In this document: positions 1-7,199 of the stretch, one piece after another | How positions within the stretch are numbered: the first letter of the stretch is position 1 | How the letters are laid out: the number at the start of each line of letters is the position of its first letter | NCBI GenBank assembly: GCA_018985225.1 | Contig: JADGIF010000524.1 | Span: forward strand, 1-7,199 | Source: Amoeboradix gromovi X-113 | Taxonomy: Eukaryota; Fungi; Sanchytriomycota | Length of the DNA stretch: 7,199 nt | Direction: 5' to 3' | Translations under genes and position numbers: made by a program | The notes under the pieces: generated by a model | Told to the model about the DNA's origin: nothing | The model's database searches: none | The model's input: the letters and a program-made list of their open reading frames with translations, nothing else

Positions 1-137
1 AGAAGAGGGGAATACAATCAATGAAAGAAAATTGGTATAATAGAAGATCTTTTATTAATGATAGCATTTCCTCCGTATGGTGCACCTTTAAAAACGAGTT
101 AGTCTAGTTTTTATATTTGGTGTCCCATATATTTCTT

Positions 138-157
138 AATCACCTTCTGACCAATCA
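138..157. promoter_or_regulatory. CCAAT-box-containing motif AATCACCTTCTGACCAATCA upstream of the Nox gene
   Basis: Ends about 50 bp before ATG 209, contains CCAATCA, and is 18/20 identical to 6998-7017. Confidence 0.45.
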
Positions 158-208
158 GTTGTTTTCCTTTAGCTCTTTAATTGGCATCGTTCATGCTGTA
201 CCTTGAGA

Positions 209-2083
209 ATGTCGAGCTACTATCCTTCTGTATTAACTAATAAATATGAAAAGAACTCAAATCAGTATGCCCACTCAATAAGAGTAAGCGAGAATGGCGA
301 TTTCGATGAATACCAAGAATGTAGAATATCGAATTGGTCGCCTTCTAGTTCGGCCGGAAGTTTAGCATCTGAACCACCACCAGTATTGCCCAAAGATGTC
401 TTATGCAACGCACGGCGTAGTCAAATAAAACTATCAAATAGTAAAATGAAAAAGCATCACGAAAAACCACTCCCAGAAATACCAAAAGGCTCTACTACAT
501 TCGATAGAAAGCAGTATTTTGCGCCTTTAAACTGGCATGAAAAGTCTAAGTACAAAATCGCTGCATTCTTTACAAATGATTCATCTAGATTTATGGTGAT
601 GACTATTTACATCAGTTTTTGCGCTCTTGTGTTTACTCTAAAATACAAAGAGTACTCGTCGAACATTGGAATTTACAAGATTTTTGGTCCCTTCTTGGGT
701 ATTGCTCGTGGCTCTGCATCCATAATCAAATTCAATTCATCTTTGATCCTTCTAACTATCTGCCGTACAATTTTAACAAAGTTGAGGTCTTCTATATTTG
801 CTACAGTAATTCCTTTTGACAATGCAACCGCATTTCACAAATTCATAGGATTCGTTACAGTTCTGTTTGCCAGCATACATGTTTTAGCCCATAACCTCAA
901 CTACCTTAGTATTTCTCACAAATCTGTTGCAAGTAGTACGACCCCATTGTATTTATTGACCAATACGGTACCAGGGTACACTGGCATAGTTTTAATACTA
1001 ATTTTTTTTATAGCTGGAACTGCTAGTTTTCAAAAAGTGCGGCAGTTGCATTTTGAGATATTTTACTATTCGCACTGGCTCTGGTTTTTATTTTTCGTAA
1101 TTTCAGTTCCTCATGGCATGACTTGCTTTATAGGAAAATATTTGAATCTTCAGACAAAGTGCTTACCAGGAGGCGAGTTTTGGATATGGTCATTTATTGG
1201 AATTTTAGCAATTCTAACAGAAAAGCTTATACTTCGGCTATTTTACCGAGCAGCTAGACCTATAAAAATTCTAGCAGTCATAAAAAGGCCATCAAATGTT
1301 TTGGAAATATCAATGGAGATACCTAATCACTTCGGAGGAAGAGATTTAGCATACAAGTCAACGCCAGGAATGTATGTTTTTCTCAACTGCCCCAAAGTAA
1401 GCATGTTTCAATATCATCCATTTACACTATCTTCTGCACCTTCTGAGGGTATATTCACAGTTAATATCCGATGCACGGGAAACTGGACTGTAAAATTTGC
1501 AAAAGAATGTGGAGTGGATTTTAAAAGTTCAGAAGATAAAAAAGTTAAACTACCAGACCTGTATGTTGATGGTCCGTTTGGCACTTCCTCAAATGATGTA
1601 TTTAATTTTGAAATAGCATTATTATGTGGATCAGGTATCGGTATTACTCCGTTTTCGAGTATTATAAAAGAATTGTACATAAGATACAAAGAAGAGAGAA
1701 TTCACTTCAAGAAAGTGTATTTGTTCTGGATTTGTAGAGAACCAGCTAGCTTTAGCTGGTTTATAGAAATACTCAGGGAGATTCAAGACTGTGATGCCAT
1801 AGAAACTTTTATATATTTAACTGGAAACATTGAATTAGACCAGCTAAACCTATTAGATAGTAGCAATGACATAATAACCGGGTTAAAGTCACCTACGTTT
1901 TTCGGAAAACCTCATTGGCGCAGTATTTTTAATGTCCTTGCAGATAATCACCCCAAGTCTGATATTGGAATATTTACGTGTGCTCCGCCTAAGCTATGTG
2001 CAGAGTTGAGTGAGTTGAGCGCTGAGTTCACTCTGAAGTCAAGAAGTTCTACAGCATTTCACTTTCATAAAGAGAACTTTTAA
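209..2083 (+). CDS. noxB: NADPH oxidase catalytic subunit (gp91phox/Nox family), fungal NoxB/Nox2-like with N-terminal extension, 624 aa from the first ATG
   Basis: Heme-ligating His pairs in AFHKFIG...SIHVLAH and YSHWLW...VPHG; FAD motif HPFTLSS; NADPH motifs DGPFG, GSGIGITPF and FTCAP; canonical C-terminus FHKENF. About 110 hydrophilic residues precede TM1 and there are no EF-hands, as in NoxB. The ORF track starts at TTG 203; first ATG is 209. Family is secure, the noxB subfamily call is less so. Confidence 0.93.
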   Translation: MSSYYPSVLTNKYEKNSNQYAHSIRVSENGDFDEYQECRISNWSPSSSAGSLASEPPPVLPKDVLCNARRSQIKLSNSKMKKHHEKPLPEIPKGSTTFDRKQYFAPLNWHEKSKYKIAAFFTNDSSRFMVMTIYISFCALVFTLKYKEYSSNIGIYKIFGPFLGIARGSASIIKFNSSLILLTICRTILTKLRSSIFATVIPFDNATAFHKFIGFVTVLFASIHVLAHNLNYLSISHKSVASSTTPLYLLTNTVPGYTGIVLILIFFIAGTASFQKVRQLHFEIFYYSHWLWFLFFVISVPHGMTCFIGKYLNLQTKCLPGGEFWIWSFIGILAILTEKLILRLFYRAARPIKILAVIKRPSNVLEISMEIPNHFGGRDLAYKSTPGMYVFLNCPKVSMFQYHPFTLSSAPSEGIFTVNIRCTGNWTVKFAKECGVDFKSSEDKKVKLPDLYVDGPFGTSSNDVFNFEIALLCGSGIGITPFSSIIKELYIRYKEERIHFKKVYLFWICREPASFSWFIEILREIQDCDAIETFIYLTGNIELDQLNLLDSSNDIITGLKSPTFFGKPHWRSIFNVLADNHPKSDIGIFTCAPPKLCAELSELSAEFTLKSRSSTAFHFHKENF

Positions 2084-2087
2084 TACA

Positions 2088-2232
2088 ACCGTGCATTCCT
2101 TTAAGAGCTGGTTTCCTAGAAATCAAGACTCTCTAGTGAAACTGGATATACTAGTCGAGCCCCTACGCCGAATTGGCGTCAATAGAACCCAGAGGCAGAG
2201 TTGAATATATTCGCATACGAGTATATGTGCCT
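2088..2232 (-). ncRNA. Candidate omegaRNA-like scaffold (2232-2108) plus flanking guide (about 2107-2088) of the Fanzor/TnpB remnant
   Basis: Overlaps and follows the RuvC-III remnant, where TnpB/Fanzor omegaRNAs are encoded. Consecutive hairpins at 2226-2205, 2179-2165, 2162-2126 and about 2125-2109. Expression is not shown. Confidence 0.4.
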
Positions 2233-2350
2233 TGTTACTATATGGTCGCTGTCTGTTCCCAAATGACAACGAAATTGAATAAAAGACGAATACCGAGTTT
2301 TTAAGCACATATAATAGTAGAAAAGAGCATCTTGGAGAGACATAGCTCAT
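2108..2350 (-). mobile_element. Decayed TnpB/Fanzor element 3' end, copy B (Zn-finger/RuvC-III remnant plus right end)
   Basis: Minus-strand remnants SYVSPRCSF (2347-2321; cf. ESYTSKTCS) and, in another frame, RCHLGTDSDHIVTRHIY (2271-2221; cf. C-x4-DRD-x-NAARNIY). 32/48 nt ungapped identity with 5348-5395. Ends TCTTGATTTCTAGGAAACCAG at 2108. Left boundary uncertain. Confidence 0.65.
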
Positions 2351-2421
2351 GTTTTCACGATAAATGGTTGGATCAACTAAAATGGAGAGTTGATTGTGTT
2401 GCTAATGATAATAAATATAAT

Positions 2422-4959
2422 TTACTTGGTATTCTGTGATAAATAACTACGTATAGCTGTTGATGAATTACTTATCTTTCTTCTCGGTCCAAATGCTTTT
2501 ATTCCTAGCTGTTGCAAATCCTCATCAGCCAAAGTTAGAAGGAGCTCTAAGTCTATCTCTTGATCAGCAAACAATTTCGTGTATTTGCTCAAGTCTAGCT
2601 TTTCCAGAAATAGTTTTATTCCATCACCATTTTTTGCTACATTTAATATCTCCTCTATATCTCCGGTTGATATTAATGCAGCTGATATTGTCTCCATAGA
2701 GTTGGCTACTTCATGCTTTAATGATGACGATATATGTGGAAATCTTTTGTTCTACATTAGAAATTAGAATACATTGACATCTTCCATCATTTCTACTGAT
2801 TTTGATAAATTTTTCCCCCTAATTTTGTCGCTCGGTAGCCTATAATCTACTGCTGCTATTGAGTCATACTCAAATGGATGCACACTGGGCTCGTTCAGGG
2901 TCGTTTCTAACTTGCTTTCTCTCCCAATCGGCGGGAAATCAACACGACGCACAGGGCTGTCAGGTGATAAAATGTTTTGAATACCACTTGAGAATATCTC
3001 GTGCTCGTTTAATGGCTCTTCTCCATACCCAAATATGCTAATCTCTGATGCTTGTGACGATTTAGTCAATGTTAATCCATTGAAGCTGTCATTGCTCAGT
3101 TGGGAAATTAATTTCGAATTAAAATGTTTGAATGAATCTGCAGAATTGGTAGAAGTGCCTGAGATTGTCTTTTCCAACTTGATGTTCTTTTTCTTAAAAA
3201 AGTCATCCAAAATAATCCTCGCTTTACACAGATTGTTTGATTTGGACATGTTGCAGCTTAAATAGAAAGTAGTTTGACTGTTTTCCTCCTTCTGTTCAAC
3301 AACGACATCCATGGTATTTATTTGCTTTGTCAGTTTGCTAAAATCTGAGCTTGTAGCAAGTGCTGTGATATCTGTAGTTATTTTATATTCAATCATATCT
3401 CTTGCTTTACTTAGCAGTTCTTTTGTAACCTCGCCAATTCCTGGATGGTATCCCCGTACCTTAATGATGTCCAATGAGAATTCTCGAGGCGGATATTCTA
3501 TTTTTACCGAATGGAGTTGTTCTAATTCGTTTGATATAAACTCTAGTTCTCTGTGAAATCGAAAGGGAAGCTTAATTGTGATAGTAGGAGCTATTTTATC
3601 TTGCTGACTAACCAACTCTAATACAGAATCTCTAAATTTCGGTAAGTTATCTCTATTTTTCATAGGTGTTCGTGCAATTACATTATCTTCCAATGCGAAA
3701 TATCCACCTAATTGATCGTGCTCCTCCATGTTGCTAAATTTGACAAACACACCGTATTTGCGCATTATGCGTTGAATATTTTTACCCCCAACTCCTATAA
3801 TGCGTTTATGATATGATTCTGGTATGAAAAATGATAATTCTGCCGGCAATTCATCCATCAATAGACGCAAGCCTTCTTGAACTTGACTTAAATGACCAGA
3901 TAATTCAATAACCATATTTAAGTCAGTACCTTGGCCAAAGTTGACCTTAACGCCAGCAGACCGCACAATCTTGTTCACTTTTCCATTCTTCTTGCCAAGT
4001 ATAAAGTCTTTATGTTCGTGCGATAGTTCAATGTAGCAGGTGCTTTCTTTATGTAACGCTTTAAGGAAATCCACGGAAAGTAATAATGTGATCACAGCAT
4101 ATAAATTATTTGCTGGTCCACCAATATCGATAGAATTAGGGGTGCAATAAAAATCAATCGAAGAGTCAGAATGCTTAGATAATAAATCTTTAATGTTTTC
4201 AACATTCGGAACGGATATAAGAAGTATCTTAAATCTGACATACTGGGCCATTAAAATTCCAAGCAATCTAACAGTTCTATTAATATATCTAGTGTGTTCT
4301 CCATAAATGGTCAGATTGCCAGCAATGTGGTTTTTTAACCCCACGTCAATGCAAGTACCGTTCTCCATCATAATTTCAACAATTTGCATAGTGCGCTTCT
4401 TTAACCAGTTTAAATGATAAGGATGGCACTTTACAACATGGCTTTGAATGGTGATATCTTTGATAGCTTGTTCAAGGATATTTTTAGCTTGTTCCACCTC
4501 AAACCCAGTGATATAAACAGGATGCTGGTAAAATGGGCTGGGTACGAAGATTGAGGTATTAGTAGATCTCATGATTTTATGTAGAGTAAGTCTTTTTTGA
4601 CCACCAACACAAAACACGCGAATAAAATCATCCACTACATTAATTTCAATCTTCTGTAAACCAAGTGCTTGATCCAAATTAGATAAAAACGCGACCTTGT
4701 CCTTTCTTTCTTTGAACTGAATCTGTGTACCCTGGTTAGAGTGTGAAACTGAGGTATTTTCAGGTAACAAATGCTTTAGCTCCTGACCTGATAATTCAAG
4801 TTTTAAAAGGGTACATGGACTAACAATGACGGGTATCATGACTGATTTTGAAAAAGCAGAGTGGCTTGCCCAAGAGTCAGTTAAAATAAAATCTCTTTGA
4901 TAATAAGTAAATTCTTTGTACATCCTTGGTTTGTTCCTATTTTTGGATTTGAGAACCAT
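2422..4959 (-). CDS. Multi-KH domain plus C-terminal SAM domain RNA-binding protein (Bicaudal-C-like); join(4959..2773, 2751..2422), about 838 aa
   Basis: KH motifs HKDFILGKKNGKVNKI, HKRIIGVGGKNIQRIM and degenerate VGGQKRLTLHKIM. The downstream ORF 2422-2697 is a clear SAM domain (FLEKLDLSKYTKLFADQEIDLELLLTLADEDLQQLGIKAFGPRRKI) in the same reading frame. Removing 2772-2752 deletes both in-frame stops and reads ...MEDVN|NKRFPHISSSLKHEVANSMETIS... Confidence 0.85.
2752..2772 (-). other. Putative 21-nt spliceosomal intron GTATTCTAATTTCTAATGTAG
   Basis: GT...TAG ends, two CTAAT branch-like motifs, phase 0, and it contains the only two stops (TAA, TAG) separating the KH and SAM regions. An alternative in-frame donor GTCAAT at 2778 would give 27 nt. 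Confidence 0.75.
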
Positions 4960-5111
4960 AAATAAAAAAACAAACCGCTATCGTAATTCTTTAATTTGCT
5001 CTTTTACTTGAATTTCTAACTCTAGAGAAACTCTAAATCTTTTTTTATCAATTGCAAATGGGATTAGTTCTCGCAATCCAGAATATGCTAGTCCAACAAA
5101 ATCGCAAATAG

Positions 5112-5464
5112 ATAAAGAATGTTCTCATCCACTCTGAGAAACTAGTTTAAGAATGGAAGATACGATGCATTTCATGTTTATTTCTATGTTTTTAGCACAA
5201 ATATGGCAAAAAATCGTGCAACTAAAGGTCCTTTAAGACGAGATTTAGGAGCAAGAAGCAGAGTTATTGCATTGAGAAAATTCTACAAACCTGAGAAATC
5301 GTCGTGCAGTATAAAGAAAAACAATTTGGAAACATAATTGCACTAACTGTCATTTGAGAGCGGATATCAACTGTATGGCGGCAAAGAACGTGTACATTAA
5401 ATATGAGCATCGTTATTCAATCTTGCATCAGGTAGTAGAATTTCTTGATTGCCTAGAAAACCAG
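5112..5464 (+). pseudogene. Decayed TnpB/Fanzor (IS607/Fanzor2-like) nuclease C-terminal half plus right end, copy A
   Basis: Collinear frameshifted remnants: IKNVLIHSEKLV (5112), YDAFHVYFYVFSTNMAKN (5161), FKTRFRSK (5232), RVIALRKFYKPEKSSCSIKK, and CTNCHLRADINCMAAKNVYIKY (5339-5404). These follow the family motif order H-K-L / YD-x-I-x-LP-x-F...M / F-K-x-RL / V-x-E-x-YTSKTC-x2-C / C-x2-C-x4-DRD-x-NAA-x-NI. Ends TCTTGATTGCCTAGAAAACCAG at 5464. Upstream motif matches are weak individually. Confidence 0.72.
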
Positions 5465-5774
5465 GACTTTTGGTGAAAAATGGTTCTGTTTGTTGTAGTT
5501 TTAAAAACGACAGTTTTTGAAATATTTTAAATCGCCTTTTATTTGGCAAAGACAGTTAATGATTCCAAAACTCTCTGGTCATGAAGAACTAATTGCTTCT
5601 AGAAAATTGTGGGGCGATAACAAATCGACTTAAAATAAATGTAATACCCAAATTTTCAGATGGCATAAATACAGCTAAGGGCTCTGTATGAATACTCTGA
5701 CTTTTAGGTCTCTGGAGTTTGGTCGTTATCAGTTTTATTGCATTTTCCTTTCATACAAGCGCATAACTGACTGG

Positions 5775-5996
5775 CTCATTGCAGAGCTCAGAAACACTTT
5801 TCTATTTTTATAATTAAGCATAGCCTGGCAAGAATTATGTCAGTTAAAGCTTGAGTAAAAATAGAAAGCTTTTATTCCTGCTGTCCTTCGGGATGAATTC
5901 AATCTAGAACTGCATATATCATGACAATAAAGGTAACCGAATCTTCAGACTTTTGAAAATAAGAGTTAATAGTCCTCATCAGAGCTTTGCAATGAG
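5775..5996. repeat. 18-bp inverted repeat pair (5775-5792 and 5979-5996) enclosing a foldable segment; MITE-like element or structured RNA
   Basis: CTCATTGCAGAGCTCAGA versus reverse complement of TCAGAGCTTTGCAATGAG (CTCATTGCAAAGCTCTGA): 16/18 match. Internal long hairpin 5799-5867 and GTCC-TTCG-GGAT at 5883-5894. No obvious target-site duplication. Confidence 0.55.
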
Positions 5997-6072
5997 AAAT
6001 CAGAGTAGATAAATGCATTAGCCTCAACCCCATTCAATCCGGCAGCTTCCTTTTTATAACCATGTTAAAAAT

Positions 6073-6957
6073 TTAGCGTCTATACATTTTTAAATAGTAG
6101 ATTACTCTGTCTTTCTGCTGCATGGTTAAATTATTTCCGTATAACGTGTAATCCATGATATTGTCTAATAAGTCAAACAAGCCATTTCTACAGCTAGATA
6201 AGACTGTTCCTTTATGCCATGTCATCGAAAGTGGAGATGTAACTAGACCACCATTAACTGCTTTTCTATAATTATTATCTACTGGTGGTGTGTCGTCTAC
6301 AAAATCTCCACCGTTTTCGTTGCTGCAACCGCCCTCAAATGGGTGTAGCAACCCAAACCAATGAAACGATTCATGCATAAGTGATCTTATAAGGTGATCA
6401 ACTCTTTCATTCATTTCCGTCTCCGTTTCCAAATATGATTTGAAGAATCCGCTTTTGTTAAAAAAGATTCCATTGAAGTTTGGGTCTGTGGGGAAGGATG
6501 CCCACGACCGAACAAAGCTGCCCAAATTATCCTCTTTACTCAAAACCTCACTTCCAGTGTCAACTGTATTAGCCGCATATATGTTTAGAGTTTGATTATC
6601 CATTTTACCGTACGTGCTTGTCACTTTGCTTTGCAATTCGGCATCGGTATAATCTATAAAGGCGTAATCATCATTTTGGATTTTAGTAGTGCTTGCAAGT
6701 TCCAGTTCAATAGGCAAATCTAATCTTGCATATTCAGCGTTGATCCTCCCTATCACAGTCGCTATAAAATCTTCCGATAGTAAATCCGTGGCCCCCTCCC
6801 TGTAAAAGGTTACCCAGTTCACAGGTACCTTGTACCACTCGTTCTGTCTTTTTCTTAATTGGTTCTCTTCGCTACTTGGCTTCTCTGATAACGCCTTGAA
6901 AACCTCTGGGGTGACTTCTAGCAAACATTGTCCGAGAACTAGAAAATACAGTAACAT
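6073..6957 (-). CDS. Secreted zinc metalloprotease, family M43 (pappalysin/ulilysin-like)
   Basis: HESFHWFGLLHPFEGGC (HExxHxxGxxH), DFVDDTP, Met-turn NIMDY, family-typical tail LTMQQKDRV...YRR, hydrophobic N-terminus, and a dibasic RKR processing site. Confidence 0.92.
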   Translation of the reverse strand: MLLYFLVLGQCLLEVTPEVFKALSEKPSSEENQLRKRQNEWYKVPVNWVTFYREGATDLLSEDFIATVIGRINAEYARLDLPIELELASTTKIQNDDYAFIDYTDAELQSKVTSTYGKMDNQTLNIYAANTVDTGSEVLSKEDNLGSFVRSWASFPTDPNFNGIFFNKSGFFKSYLETETEMNERVDHLIRSLMHESFHWFGLLHPFEGGCSNENGGDFVDDTPPVDNNYRKAVNGGLVTSPLSMTWHKGTVLSSCRNGLFDLLDNIMDYTLYGNNLTMQQKDRVIYYLKMYRR

Positions 6958-6995
6958 TGTTGAGTTTGGTAATGTTTTATTTCATCTTAATTAGA

Positions 6996-7017
6996 CCAAT
7001 CACCTTCTGTACAATCA
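6996..7017. promoter_or_regulatory. CCAAT-box-containing motif CCAATCACCTTCTGTACAATCA upstream of the M43 gene
   Basis: About 40-60 bp upstream of ATG 6957, in reverse orientation relative to the gene; near-identical to 138-157. Confidence 0.45.
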
Positions 7018-7199
7018 CCTGGAACAAGTTTAGGTAATTTCAAGTTTGAATTAGAAAAACAGATTGACCGCTTTGGTAAAAAACATATGGGACATCAAAT
7101 ATAAAAACTTTCTGTAACAACTTGGAACATTATTTAAGAGGCGAGTGGACATTCAGCTAGTTGCGGAGTTGACGAGTATAAAAGGAAAATAAATAACTT

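Noticed and set aside
1-106. Partial CDS at the window edge (short open frames on both strands)
   Set aside because: Too short and without motifs to support a call.
2123-2350. 75-aa minus-strand ORF as a real gene
   Set aside because: No recognisable domain; it overlaps the decayed Fanzor/TnpB relic and only its first residues resemble a family motif.
2422-2697. Stand-alone 91-aa SAM protein gene
   Set aside because: The frame stays open upstream of the ATG to an AG acceptor at 2752 and matches the KH ORF frame; better read as exon 2.
2752-2766. TAA/TAG reassigned to Gln (aphelid- or ciliate-type code) as the reason KH and SAM ORFs are in frame
   Set aside because: Nox ends at its canonical KENF with TAA, the other genes also end in TAA, and the long ORFs contain no internal TAR codons; an intron explains both stops.
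619-3556. Short ORFs 619-819, 1414-1689, 2460-2699, 2579-2767, 2859-3041, 3035-3265, 3311-3556
   Set aside because: All are alternative-frame or antisense shadows of well-supported genes with no motifs.
5229-5238. 10-nt match (TCCTTTAAGA) between the putative copy-B guide and copy A, suggesting cross-targeting
   Set aside because: Short, AT-rich and mismatched at the first guide position; compatible with chance.
5533-5543. GCCTTTTAT resembling U5 snRNA loop I
   Set aside because: Flanks do not form the U5 stem.
5941-5982. Minus-strand CTGATGA...CTGAAG as hammerhead ribozyme or C/D snoRNA
   Set aside because: GAAG replaces the required GAAA and stems I/III are missing; the C-to-D spacing is too short for a snoRNA.
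5969-6072. Extra 3' exon for the M43 protease (GYKKEAAG...DEDY)
   Set aside because: The ORF already ends with the family-typical tail, and the candidate GT-AG introns tested do not join that frame.

Overview
Gene-dense, AT-rich eukaryotic window, most consistent with a compact-genome early-diverging fungus or relative (inference only). It holds three protein genes: a fungal NoxB-like NADPH oxidase (+, 209-2083); a multi-KH + SAM Bicaudal-C-like RNA-binding protein (-, 4959-2422), whose two ORF-track pieces are joined in frame by an apparent 21-nt GT-AG intron; and a secreted M43 metalloprotease (-, 6957-6073). The intergenic DNA on each side of the KH-SAM gene carries a decayed copy of the 3' end of a TnpB/Fanzor (IS607/Fanzor2-like) RNA-guided nuclease element. 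The two copies are mutually homologous, point outward in opposite orientations, and their similarity stops at a shared ...GRAAACCAG end. One copy keeps a hairpin-rich omegaRNA-like tail. Also seen are an unexplained, highly foldable ~220-nt segment bounded by 18-bp inverted repeats, and a 20-bp CCAAT-containing motif shared upstream of two genes. All alignments and folds were done by eye.
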